DNA of 64,000 nt from Macrostomum lignano (taxonomy: Eukaryota), in assembly GCA_002269645.1 (NCBI GenBank), contig NIVC01000896.1, positions 279,487-343,486 on the forward strand, in the 5' to 3' direction. The notes under the pieces are model-generated. The model ran no database searches and was not told where the DNA came from. It worked only from the letters and a program-made list of their open reading frames with translations. How positions within the stretch are numbered: position 1 is the stretch's first letter; every line of letters starts with the position of its first letter. This document shows positions 13,901-26,990 of the stretch, piece by piece. A program made the translations under genes and the position numbers.

Positions 13901-15626
13901 AATGACTACCTCTTCTCATTTCTGGTTGTATCTGTTCCGTTTTGCTGCCTTTAAATTGTTGCGATGTCCAAACATATTTTTATCCTATCAAGAATTATTT
14001 GATCTAAAAACCTTCTGATAAGTACATGTAGTTTAGAGAGATACGCTTGAGTTATAAACATTATTAGATTCATGAATTAAAGAACACCTGTGCCTGTATG
14101 AGCCAATAAAACTCGCTAATCTCAGCAAAGCTCAGCCGTACTTGCACTTTTTAATTTCAGATCGAACAGGATTTGCGATGATTCTCACCGAAGGACAGTT
14201 TGATGGGGCCAGCAACTATCAGATGTTTCTGGAGTATGCAGCCTTCAAAGTGCTCTTCGATTACACGGATGGCAATTCGAGCTCAATCAAGACAGCCATC
14301 AGGCTTCCAAAAGAAACTGAAGGAAATGTTGTCCTTTATCTAATTGTACGCACACATCGCAACGACAACGTCTTGCAAGAAATAGTCGATGAACTTTCTA
14401 AACAGCAATCGTCTCAAAAGTGCAGCAGTAGCATTTTGCTTATCTTCTGCGAAGTGTACGAGTCTGAAGAGAATTTCGCGAACACTCAGATGCCCAAGGA
14501 GCTACCCGAGAAGTTTAGCCTTGTCAGAGTTGGCGGGAGTCGGTGCGGCGTGACAGAGTTTCTGGACTCCCTGCTGGAATCTCCCACGGAGAACATCTCT
14601 CTCAATGGCAGCCTTGTGGTTGGTAGAGATTTTCATTCCACTTCAGTCATCGGTGAGCTAAACGGCATAATGCACTGCAAAGTCAATGACGAAAATCCAG
14701 GCTGGAGGAAGAGAATCACTTGGCTTGAAAACTTTTGTAAACAAGAGAGTTTAAAAAATCCGACTTCAACTGACGTTAGTGACGACACGCAGACAAGACC
14801 AGCAATAAGAGGTTCTCTCCGATTAGAGAGTTTTAGAAGTGAATGGAATGCACCTGGATTAGACACTCAAGAGTGCAAGGCTGTAGCACTCATCGTTCAC
14901 AACGTTGTCTTCCAGAAAAAGGAACTATCTACTCGGTTCGGAAGTCAACACGACTGCCAGCGAATGGCTGACACTTTGCTCAGGCTTGGCTACTCAGTGA
15001 GCATCAGGTCGAATCTCACCAAAGTAGAAATCGAAAGCGAATTAGACATGTTTTGCAGTGACGCACGACACGGCAGCTCAGTCGTAGTGGCTTCCATGTC
15101 TCACGGATGTCTCGGTGAAGTAGTTGGTTTCGACGGCGAATCAGCAAAGGAAAGTAAAATTCTAAAGAGAATTTCCAAAGGAAAAAACACCAGTGGAAAG
15201 CAGCAATTGGTCATCTTTCAGAACTGTCGAGACCCTGGTCGATTGCCTAAATCAGAGCTGTCGTTCTTTCCTGGCATGATCGTCGCTCACTCGACTTCGC
15301 CGGATGAAAGCAGCTACCGAATGACAGACAGAGGCAGTCGGTTCATCCAGTGTCTGTGCACTGTTCTCGACCTGTTCGCCGACAAGTGCGACATTGCATC
15401 AATGGTTCCTATCGTTAATTATGTGGTGCAAAACGCCACTTTTCATCTGGGCATCAGCCAGCTGCCCTGGTGGTCTGTACAGACAAGCAAGAAATTTTGG
15501 ATTCGAGTCAATGAGCCTCCTCAAAGCAGTCTTGAATCGCACCATCGAACCGATTCTGATAGGAAGCAAACAACAAATGACTGCAGGGCTCAGGTGACGG
15601 AACTTCTTCAAAAAATGCGGTTGTAA
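10993..15626 (+). CDS. Multi-caspase-domain protein 1 (~1001 aa): degenerate fold, pseudocaspase, degenerate fold, active caspase
   Basis: Predicted exons 10993-11035, 11582-11632, 11913-13289, 13743-13811 and 14161-15626 are all joined by phase-1 GT-AG introns and give an open frame. The last domain has SMSHG and FQNCR; the second has VLSQT and ILHEW instead. The two 5' exons are less certain. Confidence 0.75.
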
Positions 15627-15949
15627 TAATCTACGCAGAGGAAGTTCATCAATTTGAATATTTGTGGCGACTGAATAGATTTAATTGCTTATATTGTAGC
15701 TACCAGTGACTACTCTAATCCTTACTTTTTTTCTTAGCGGTTCAAGGTCTTTTAAGTTTCTATGAGAGTGGTAAATATGATTTTAATAGTCAATCTACGA
15801 GCGCAATATTCAGACCATTCAAAAAATTTACTATTGACAACTATTAGGACAATGATAGATAGCATGTTTATAGGCGTTTGTAAATTTGTTTTACTTTTTA
15901 GCAAAAAATTAAATTAATAAATTGCAAGTTAGCTTCTTAGTTAAAGGCA

Positions 15950-16285
15950 GGAGGCTGTTTACCCTGGTGCACTTTAAATAACATTGTCACACAGCCCGGC
16001 GAGAGGCATTACTGCCCATTCCGCCAACTCCCCTGAGCAGGCACACAAGCGCGCGGATATGTATACAGTCATCCGCAAAGGCACACACTCACACATGGGT
16101 GTACAATGGCTTGGATTTAATAATTTATATCGCTTAGGCATGTACACTTCACTGTGTCTTGAGGTTGGCCCTTGAGGCCGTTACTTGCACGAGAGCAGAC
16201 CCAAGCTGCTGACTGCACTTGGAATCGAGTATGGGCCGCTGGCACATCAGAACGCCGCGTTAGGGCACAAGGCTACGGCCCCTAT
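15950..16285 (-). mobile_element. Putative tRNA-derived SINE
   Basis: The minus strand begins GGGCCGTAGCCTTGTGCC (A-box-like), followed by ACTCGATTCC (B-box-like), and ends in a GGGTAAACAGCC-type tail. No target-site duplication confirmed. Confidence 0.4.
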
Positions 16286-17352
16286 AATAAATTACTACGT
16301 AGTATAATAAAATATTTAATATAAAAGAAGCGTGTTTCCATAAGTGCTTCGATGGAACAAATTTGTTTTTATTGTTTTAATGAAAGACGTTAGACTGACC
16401 ATTCTAAACAGTTTAGCTAGGCTAAGTTAAAATAGCAGCAGAATTGCTCTCGCTAAAACTAACCGATGCCGAACTTTTGACTGAGAAAACTGTTAGCCAG
16501 GTGTATCTTTTCATTATTAAAACTAATTATAAATGATTTAAAAAGTTTTTTTTCCAAATTTTATCTTCCACTATTCTAGATATTCGTAAATTTCGCTTTA
16601 AGCTTCTCAAAAAATGAATTCAAACATCCTAAATTGATGACCATATGGTGTGGAATCGTCAGACATGAAAAAAATTATTAAAGAAAGCATAAAGCATTAG
16701 AGTATGAGTACATGTTTGAGTTGTATTTTATGAAATCGATCTTTTTGAATGTATCTAAATCACAAACTGCGACTGGCCCTCGATCGTAGTGCATCACTGA
16801 GTTATATTTTTCTCTAACTCTGATTCAGTTATTTATAGTAAACATAAAACTAACAGGCTCGTAAATTGCTGCTTCCTAATTCAATTGTTTATTCAAATAT
16901 GAACGATTATCTAATCAAGTACAACAACTCAGTTCAAATAAATCAAAGGAAACTAAGAGTTTTCTGCTTGCCATCGAATTTCTGCTTTTGTGTTATTTTG
17001 ACAAACGTTTAGTATAACTTAGCTAGTTAATATATAGGTGTATCTACAAGTTTATAGGAGTACGACCGTATATAGTAGTATATATAGGAGTATATTAAGC
17101 CATTTTTCTCTAATCGATTGCAAGCAGGCAAGATATACACGGTTACTAGCTTAGCTAGTATATATATACGCTATATATACGCTAAATATATTATCCTATA
17201 TAGAATTGGTTTTAGATTACAATGCAGCTTTATTGTATATATATTAACTTTTCATTCAAAACTTCAAAATTCACCTTTTCTGATTACAGAGACAAAGTGC
17301 TACATAACTAAACCTTATCTGGTATTCGAAGAAACGATCGAACTCAGTATCG

Positions 17353-20300
17353 ATGGCTGATTTTTCTGACATATTTGAGACCGAAAGCCCAGCTACTAGT
17401 GAGTGCGAACCTAAAATAAAAAAATTAGCAAATAAATTAGAAACAAACATAGGCTGATTCATGACGTAGCGTGTTCGAGATGTAGTTAGCGATTAATTAA
17501 TTATTAGTTATTTACTAATTAGTTAGCTAGTTTAATTATTAGTAGTGTTGACACGCAGGGTACGAGACAAAACGCCGAGTTGAGGAGAGTACAAAAACGA
17601 GCGCGAGGCAACAATTTAAATTGGCGGGGAAATCCGATTCATTTAAACCCAAGATGTCTATCAAAAAAGTAATAATAACTTGGACTTAATTAAATAAAAC
17701 TTAAAGTACATTTTTTAATAAATAAATTACATTAAATTATTAGCTGGGGAACCTGCCAATTAATCAACTACAATAATTTTAAGTAATAAAAACTCAGATA
17801 GAAACTAACAATTTAAGATGCTAACAACGTCGTCACAGATTGATTCCTCTCAGTAATTTTTCCCACATTTAAATTTTCAGTATTGAACGAAATTTCAACA
17901 GCTGCAGGTCTATTAGTTGTTGTTTAAAACCATTTCTTTATATCTTAAATACTTTAATAAGCCGTATATGCTTCAAAATTGCAGAATCAACCGAAACACG
18001 CCGTGCAACTCGCAGTGAATTTGGTAAGATTGATTTGGGGCTTGTGCATCAAAATTGGCCGAGAATGGGTTTTTTGTGCGATTCACACCCCTGATGACCA
18101 CTACTCGAGGTGCAGAGAGTGTACAGGTTTGACGATTAGAAACTCTAGGGCTGCTGTTCAGTATTGGCGCGCTTGCGTGTGCTCAGGAGGCAGAAAATTT
18201 TTTTAGGGCCTTGGGCAGGGGGTGACATGAATATCCTACTAAATATTATAAGAAACATACAATTATTTACGAAGATTTTTTTTAGAATAATTTTTGTTTT
18301 AAATTGCAAAAAAAACTTACAGGCACCATTCAAGATGTACAGGCAGGATCGAAGCTTCCCAGCTGGCAGGGAACATTCGGTGAGCACTTCTCAAGGACAC
18401 ATTAAGTAGACTTTTTTAATTGTCCTTTGCACTTCAACTATACAAATAGCTTTGTAAAACTTTTACAATTGCAGCTCATCAAAGGCTACTGCTAGTATTC
18501 GCTGATGAGACTACAGCAAAGATGGAAAACTACATTGAATTTATGAGCACTCGTTGCGGCTTTTACACTGCGAAGCTCGCCCTGAACAGTCACCTTGCCG
18601 AATCCGAGACCCTGTCTCGAGCACCAGTCAGGCAGATTGTCTGCCTAGTAATTTTCTCCGCTTCGCAGCCACAGCGCTACATGAAGGACTACCTAGATTT
18701 TCTAAACCAATTTGACGAATCCGTGGATCAGCTACTGCTGTACTGCAACTTGTCCGAGACAGAGACCCAAATCGATCAGGATCTGCGAAATCAATTCTGC
18801 AGCAGTGCTTTTCCTTATCGAAAGTCTAGCATTGCTTACACTTTCGGAACTTCCTATGGAGTCGGACGATTTTTTGATAAATTTAAGAACGATTGCAACT
18901 TGAAATGGAATCGTACTGTTGGCCTTTGTGACGTCCTGGAATCACTTGATATGGACCAGTCGTCTGAACTTTACATTAAAAAGCCTAGAAGCGAAAAGTG
19001 CTTCTTCCCACGCGAAATATTTTACCCTTGCAGCTCACAAGAACTGATCAAAATAGCCGGCATTGAGTCCTTCACCAACCGAGTTGACCCGGATACTCTG
19101 GCGTTATACGGTGATTTTATATATCTGAACAGCCGCATACAAAAGCCGCAGGCCTTGATCGTTCTAAACATCAAACTAGAGAGCGGCAAGACAAACAAGT
19201 CAATGCACGCAGACTGGAGGCGCCTTCTTTGGCTGCTTGATAAGCTCCAGTTCGAGGTCAAAGACGTTCAAACAGACGCGTCAAGCTGCAGTCAGCTTGA
19301 AGAATGCGTGAAGACTTTTGCTGATTCTGAGTTGCACGGTGACTCTTGCTGTCTGGTTGTGCTCTCCGAAGGCTGGCTAGCAAACAGCTGCATTGGCAAC
19401 ATCAGTAAGAGCATGGCCTTCGGAAAGCTTATCAAGGGTAAGCCGAGGCTGATCATCATTCAGGAGTACCAACCGAAGTCCTCAGAAGCATCGGATGCTG
19501 CGCCGAAGTCGCTCCCCCAATTCCTGCCTGACGCAGTGGAAGCGATGCGATTGCAGTTCAGAAACGACAAGCCTGAGGTCAGAGTCCATCCGCTAAGCGG
19601 AACCGTCTGGTGTCAGTCCGAAGCGTCGGACACCGAAAGCGACAATGCGACACCGCTGATTGGATCCATCTGCGAGACTTTCATCAATCACTCAGCCATC
19701 GAGGATTTGGTTTCGATGATTTCAATCATCAACGAGAGACTGCAGGACGCCCCACCCACTTGGTGTGTGCAGACTGCCAAACTTTTCTATGTTGGAAATA
19801 CTGAGTTCACAGGGAGCGGAAGCGCTAGTAAGTTTATTTATGTCTTTAAAAATGAAGGAGATTGTTTATTTCAAGTTTACTGTCAATATTAATCTTCAAT
19901 TTCAGGCAAGGCTCAATCCGAAAATACCCCTGAAAATCCTGCACCTGCAACCGATCCGTTAGCGAATTTGCAGACAATGCAAGGCTTAGCAGCAGAGTCG
20001 GACAGGCTGCGTCCCATTCTCGATCAAAACAGTAAGTATGAACTAAAAATTTGAGACAAAAATCGATTTGGAGGTCCCAAAATTTTTGAAGCTATAAACT
20101 TAATGAATTTCAGATCGCCCTGGAGTAGCACTGATTCTCACTGAAGGCTTGTTCGACAAAGTCCGAGATTATCAAATGTTTCTGGATTTTGCCGGCTTTC
20201 AAGTAATCTCGGAACGAATCGACGGTATTGGCGCTTCTTTGAGAGAAATTGTGACTTCATCGGTTGCTCAAAGCCCGCTAGCAGTTGTGCTGATCGTTAA

Positions 20301-21546
20301 GAAGCACCAGGTCGGAGCCGGCGTAGATGATGTAATTGCGTGCATGTCGGAGACTGCAACCAAGCACGGAAACAGTTCCCTACTCATCTACTTTGAGATA
20401 CTAGATACTGGTGAGCCGCCTTCTGAGATTCGCTTACCGAATGAACTGCCAGAGAAGTTCAGCACAGTTTGCTACCAGGGCACTCGAGACCGAATCGATC
20501 TCTGCCTTGACTTATTTCTAAAAACGCCGAGAAAGAAACCTAAAAACTGTCCAATTGTTGGTTATAACTTTGAGAAGCTACGTTACAGGAAAAAAGAGCC
20601 AAAAATGATGTACCGATCCAGCGATGGAAATCCTGGCTGGAAGCTGGCGCTCAAATGGCCAGAGGGCCGAAATATCAGGGGTGACGACATCATGAAACAG
20701 GACTTATTCCGCACAGCCAGTATGCGAAAGAAATGGTTCCCAAAGAAACCTATTCTACAGAATGTCACTATGCAGAGCAGGGCTCTAATCGTTCAGAATG
20801 TTGTCTTCAAATCCAGTGAGATCAGATTTGGCACTCAGAACGACTGTCAGAGGCTGACGGACTGCCTTACAGGCTTGGGGTTTCGAGTGTCAATCAGAAC
20901 GAACCTCACGGCGGTTGAAATCTTGCAAACTGTGCAGCTCTTTGCTGGTGCCAACGACCACGGCCGCTCCTGCGTCTTGGCAATCATGTCCCACGGATAT
21001 CTGGGAAAAATTTTGGGATGCGACGAAAGGACTGTGAAAGAAGCAGATATTCTTGATCAGCTGAGCAAAGGCAGTGGGCTTCAGGGTAGATCAAAGTTTG
21101 TTGTGTTTCAAGCGTGCAGGCCATTGGAAGAACCACATTCCAGCAGCTCAGCAGAGCGATTGATTAGACCCTATCCCGACATGGTGATTGCTCACTGCAC
21201 CTCCCCAGAGGAGTTCGGTTATCGAAATCACTTCGAAGGCAGCTGGTTCGTGCAGAGCCTGTGCTCCGTGCTGAATGAATGCGGAGCCGATGCGGACATC
21301 CTATCAGTGATAACTGTGGTGAACTACATGGTTCTGACCTGCTTCAATCGGTCCGACTGTAAAGATGAGCGGACTCAGCAGCCGTGGTGGCTGCTGCAAA
21401 CGAGAGGCGCTTTTGTGCTTGGCAGCGGCACACCAATGGAAGAAATGGGCGACACCAATCTTATTTCAGCTGCAGACGCTGGGAGCCGAAAGTGTCGTGC
21501 AACAAGCATTTGGAAAAATTTGAAGGCCTTTTTTGCGAGGTCGTGA
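17353..21546 (+). CDS. Multi-caspase-domain protein 2 (~985 aa), paralog of protein 1
   Basis: Predicted exons 17353-17398, 18475-19827, 19906-20031 and 20114-21546 are all joined by phase-1 introns. The final domain has AIMSHG and FQACR; the second domain has VLSEG and IQEYQ. Confidence 0.78.
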
Positions 21547-23429
21547 ACTCGTGATTTTTGCGTTGCGTGCTAATAATTTATTGGAAGTTTCATTAGATCC
21601 TTGTGTTATTATTGAGAACCTTGCTTACTTGATTCTTAAATCCTGATTTGATTGCGTGAGCCAGATATCTTTTCTCTGGCCTTGTTATTTGTCAGCGTTG
21701 AATCTGACTGCTTATGCTTTGAGTCTTGATATGAAGATTGTGGAAATTATGGACCAATTGTTATCTGATCTTTATCGTTATCTGATTGTCGGGATTTTTT
21801 TACATTTGTTACATTTTTCTGTACCGGGTTATTAACCCTAGTGTAATCCCCATCATCTTCGATAGCCCTCTGCCAACATGTGCGCAGGGAGCGGATTTTT
21901 GTCACACTTTGCATAATGGTTTCGACATTATTAAGTAATAAAGAAAGATAATGACGTCTACTAACTTGGCAGAAATTGTAAGGCAGCTCTAAAAATATTC
22001 AAAATAGAACATAGAAACATAGAAACGAAGACGCAGTGGAGAACAAAAGCATTTAATAACTTTGACAAAGACCTCTAAGTTAGAGAACAACTCTGTCTAC
22101 GGAAATACTCTAGAAAAAGAGCGGAAAAGGGCAAATATGAAGCTTTCTGTGTAATCGGAGTGTGCTGTCTGCTGTCATTCAGATGAATATGTAAAAATCT
22201 ACCGTCAAGGAATTCTAAAAATTTAAGTGTGCTTTATTGGCGGCTGTAGGTCGCGTACGTACAAAGCGTGTTAGGGGTGCGGGGTGTAGTGTGAGCATCT
22301 TTTGCGATAGCCTTGTATTCTATTAGTTAGGTTTTGCATTATTGTTATTGAATTGTTATTTTGCTTTAGTTTAGTCATACGTTTTGATGTACTTTTTTCT
22401 TGTTAGTTAGAATCTAAATTTGTAAACAGGCTAGAAGTCAGACGCCAGTTTTGTGACTCAGCAGAGGGTTGAGTTTTCTGCGAACCCCAGCTTTGCGCGG
22501 CCAGCCAATCAGAACCGGCCTGGACCCTGGCACGCGGCAAGTTCCAATTCTACCCGGCGCCGCGGGCACAGTGCAATTCGGCTTAAGCAAGCGGCCGGCC
22601 AGACGACCACCACCCGGCTTTAGGGGGTTTTGAGGGGTTGTGACTCTGACTATATATGAAAGTGTGTTTGGCAATCAGATCTCGCCTTTCTCTTTCCTGC
22701 TCCGTCCCCGGTTTTAGTTTGTGTTCCAGCTTCCCGGCCGGTGACCTGTTTCCCTTTGGTTCGCGCTTTGAGGCGTTTTGATTTCGTCACCCCGGTCCAT
22801 ACTTTGTTCCCTTGCCCAACCGCTTCAGTCTTGTGGCGTAACGTCTATGGCAAATTTCTGTCTGAAGTCGCCGCTGTCAAGCGCGGTTAAATAGAGACTG
22901 TCGGATCTGATCAAGTACGCGGCCTCGACCCAGAGGGCCTCAGTGTCACACTGAAGGGCAGTGCCGATAGAATTTAGTCGGTACTCCGTTGAACGGTCGG
23001 TTCGGCAGGGCTCTCGTTCGAGAGTAGGTTCTGGTTTAGGCCAGGGGTTAGGAGTCTTCTCCGTGGTCGTGTTCAGTTCTTCTTCCTCTTCTTCTTCAGC
23101 TGAGATCTGCTTGCCAGTTGCGTAATCTAATTATTATTATTAACCGTTATCGTCGTTTTGTCAACTCTAGTTATCTGCGCCGCTTTGAATTTGAATCTTG
23201 TAACTATTGAATGTGTCAAATTAAACCGTCGATCAAGTTTAGCTATTCTCATTAGGATTTTCACTCTCTAAATCTTTCGGTTCGTGTTCCCTCGTGTTCT
23301 TTCTTTTCTTGTACTGTACCTGCGGCTATTGGAGAAAGACTGGTAGAACTCGCCGACCGGCGATAGGCGATTAGGGCCAATAGCTTTAAAATCTCCGAAC
23401 GCTCCAAGTAGGTTTGTCTAGGGCCTAAT

Positions 23430-24700
23430 TAATTGCTCACCGTGCATGCTATATACATTTATTGTATTTATCACAGGGGTGATGTCGGCGTTGGAGGGTT
23501 GTCGCGTGTCGGCTAGCTTATTGAAACACCCAACTTGTGCTTTGGTTGCGGTGTCGCACGACGGCTTAATTTTTTTCGACAGCCAACCGCAGCCTCAGCC
23601 ACCGCCCCTCACCCGCCACTGCTTGACGACGGGGTCAGGACCTATGCGATGAGATCGAAGCGACCAAGGAACGCATCAGGCTACTGAGGCTCCAAAAGGA
23701 GGAAGCGGTTACACCCGAGCTCAACGCAAGACGCCATGGCACGAAGACTTGTGGTAAGCCTGCTTTTTTGCTGGTTGGGGCGCATCTCATTCAGCCTTTG
23801 AGAATATTCCCCTGCTGGCGCAAGACGCTGACCTCACCAAGAGAGGGCCACATTTGATTCCTGACTCTGTCGAAGACTCCGGAAGTGTCAGCAAGGACAA
23901 CAAAAAAGGAACAAATACCAAACAGCAGCCGCTGGAGCAGATTAGCATCGGCGAGTGGATAAGTGCGAATGCGAGAATTCTCCAGTCGCTGATTGAATCT
24001 GACGGGATGATTGAATGGGAAGCGCGCGCTGCTCCAAGGCTGCATGAGTACCGTGCCTACAATTGCCAGTTAGGCGAGCTGCTGAATAGTGGCTTTGACA
24101 TCAGTACTCTGTGATGACAGCTTCCGGAGGCTCCAGCATGCAACTAGTCGTCACTGAAACAACGAGTCGTTGCAGCTGCTCTCACGACGCTTTCTTGCTC
24201 CGAATGGACTCAACGCCATAGACAGCAGCTTGCAACGCAGAAAGCAGCCGTAGAATAGGAGGAATCGTCAAATCTGTCTGCTCTTCAACAACGACACTGG
24301 CTGTAAGTTCGTTGAGGAATGCAAATTTTAGCATGTTTGCGTCATCTGCAAAAAGAACCATCCGGGCCCGGATCAAAATCTATGATAACCGGATTCCCGC
24401 CATTGTAAATAGTTCATAAATCCGCGTTTTCATTCCTGAAAATTTTCCTATTATACATCCAGTTGTGGTGACATGCGCTTTTCTGAATGGTCGAAGTATC
24501 TCAACGAGTTTCTCTTAAATGGAATTAGTGCCGGGTTTTTTATCACTGATTCTGTGTAAGCTTTAAGCCTAACTACTCATACAACTCTGCGCTCGCACAC
24601 CGAGAGCTCCTTGATAAGTAAATTATAGAAAAGCTAAGAAGAGGCCCTTCTGTTATACATTCCACAAAGCCTACGAAGCTTTTCTACTCTGCGTTAGCGC
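23430..24700 (+). mobile_element. Decayed DIRS/Ngaro tyrosine-recombinase retrotransposon (gag plus RT N-terminus)
   Basis: EWISANARIL..YNCQLGELL and DDSFRRLQH resemble DIRS gag. ICLLFNNDTGCKFVEECKF*HVCVICKKNHP is a zinc finger. EFLLNGISAGF and ELLDK*IIEKLRRG..KP resemble the RT lead-in. Stops and frameshifts are present. Confidence 0.6.
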
Positions 24701-25883
24701 TGACATGTCTAGCTGAGTGACTCATCCACACTCGCTGAGCTCCCTTGTTCGCATTGCGGCACTTCCTGCAGTTTGTAAGGCCCAGGCGATACCTGTAGTG
24801 AGCGCACAGACCGGAGCTGGTGTTGAACACCTCACGGCCTCGTAGTCGGAGAGATTCTCGCGGCTCCACTGCCACATCTGCCCAAAGTCGTCGGCGGTTT
24901 CGGTCACGTGATGCAGGACTGCAGCCAGCAGCAGCAGCAGAGCGACTTGATGAGCGGATTGGAGCTGTATTTTCTGTGTACGTGGAATGACGGGTTGGAG
25001 CTGCCTTTGCGCTGGTAGAGGGCGGAGGGAGAGGGCGGATGTAGAGGGCGAAACCCCGCTCCTAGTCTACAGACTTACCAGATACGAGAGTAGTTGATCT
25101 TGCCGTGATCTCTCAGAATTTTCAAAACTTAGTCCTCAATCGCACCCATCACGCAACATTGGGAGCCCAATATAAATCTCAGAGTTTGAATTATGCAGTA
25201 GCTGCGGTCGCCATGGAAACAAGGTAGCTCTGACGTTCAACAGAGGATGCCTCTCTCCGAGGTGGTGGAGATGGGCCTTGCAGCTGACTGCAGCTCACCG
25301 CATGCAGATCGGGGCTGCATTGGAGGGATCCGGGCGCGGCTTAAAGGCGAAGGCGCAGCTGATGGCGGCAGAGCCGCTGCAGTTGCTCCGGGCAGCCGCA
25401 TGGCGGGGCTTGACTTTGCATGCGGGCTGCGGGAGCGCCGGCCCGGAGCTGCCGGCATCGGCATCTGGCGGCAGGGGCTGCAGGACTGGGGCTTTGAGGG
25501 TCGACAGAGAGGATGCGGATAAATGGGGGCCAATTAATTTGTCAAAATCACCAAAATCAACTCCTTTCAAAGTCTTCCAAAACTCAATGAGGATAGAAAT
25601 TTATCTCTCCCTATGCTGGAAAGAGCAAATGTACGTAAGTTATAGTAATATTACTAGCAATCTAGTGCCCCCTTCGGGGCGCCCAATAAGCATAGAGCAA
25701 AAATTATTCATGGTAAAAAATTAAAAGGCACATTCCTTCTTCAGTTTAAAAAATTACCTTATTCAAGTAAAATTGTCGGGGGCAAAGATGTTTGCTGTGA
25801 ATCTCTTTTTTCTAAAAGAAACAAAGACAACAAAATAAAGCTTTCACAAAGATAAGAGACATTCCCCCTAAAAGAAAACATCC

Positions 25884-25986
25884 CCACGACAGCAAGCATC
25901 CCGCAGATAGCAAGCATCCCCCAAATAGCAAGCATCCCCGAGATAGCAAGCATCCCCCAGATAGCAAGCATCCCCCAGATAGCAAG
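25884..25986. repeat. ~18-bp minisatellite (AGCAAGCATCCCCCAGAT)n
   Basis: About 5 units. The reverse-complement motif recurs near 41435 and 43685. Confidence 0.85.
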
Positions 25987-26049
25987 TAGCTAGTGCAAAT
26001 ATTTCCTCCGCTAATGCAATAATCGCTTTCTCAGGTAGCGCAATGATCC

Positions 26050-26990
26050 ATGTCTCAGTCAGCGCAATAATCCTCTTCTCATCTAGTGCAAAAATCGATG
26101 TGTCAGGTAGTGCAATAGTCCCTTTCTAAGCTAATGCGATAATCCTCGTTTTGTCAAGTGCAGCAATCCTTGGCTTATCAAGTGCAATAATCCTTGGTTT
26201 ATCAAGTGCAATAATCCTTGGTTTATTAATTGCAATAATCCTCGGCTTATCAAGTGCAATAATTTATGGTTTATCAAGTGCAATCTTCCTTGGTTTATCA
26301 AGTGCAATAATCCTTGTCTTATCGTGCAATAATCCTTGGATTATCAAGTGCAATGATAATTTGCTTATAAAGTGCAATAATCCTTGGTTTACCAAGTGCA
26401 ATAATCTATGGTTTATCAAGTGCAATAATCCTCGGCTTATCAAGTGCAATAATCCTTGGTTTATCAAGTGCAATCTTCCTTGGTTTATCAAGTGCAATAA
26501 TCCTTGTCTTATCGTGCAATAATCCTTGGATTATCAAGTGCAATGATAATTTGCTTATAAAGTGCAATAATCCTTGGTTTACCAAGTGCAATAATCTATG
26601 GTTTATCAAGTGCAATAATCCTCGGCTTATCAAGTGCAATAATCCTTGGTTTATCAAGTGCAATAATCCTTGGTTTATCAAGTGCAATAATCTATCGCTT
26701 ATCAAGTGCAATTATCCTTGGTTTATCAAGTGCAATAATCCTTGGTTTATCAAGTGCAATAATCCTTGGTTTATCAAGTGCAATAATCCTTGGTTTATCA
26801 AGTGCAGTAATTCTTGGCTTATCAAGTGCAATAATCCTTGGTTTATCAAGTGCAATAATCTATCTCTTATCAAGTGCAATTATCCTTGGTTTATCAAGTG
26901 CAATAATCTATCGCTAATCAAGTGCAATGATCCTTTGCTTATTAAGTGCATGGTTAATAACCTTACTATAATTATCCAATAACCTTACTA
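26050..26990. repeat. 24-bp satellite (TTATCAAGTGCAATAATCCTTGGT)n
   Basis: About 35-40 units. It generates the FIKCNNPW pseudo-ORFs. Confidence 0.95.

Noticed and set aside
22269-23425. Possible solo LTR starting TGTTAGGGG
   Set aside because: No matching CA end, TSD or convincing primer-binding site was found.
24182-24376. VLFADDA motif on the minus strand suggesting a LINE reverse transcriptase
   Set aside because: It is antisense to the plus-strand DIRS zinc finger, and no other RT motifs are in frame.
24684-24907. Cys-rich minus-strand fragment (LCAHYRYRLG..C..C)
   Set aside because: It is short and frameshifted, and I cannot assign it to a family.
25237-25540. GC-rich segment that could be a host exon on the minus strand
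   Set aside because: Several frames are open, there is no recognisable domain and no partner exons were identified.
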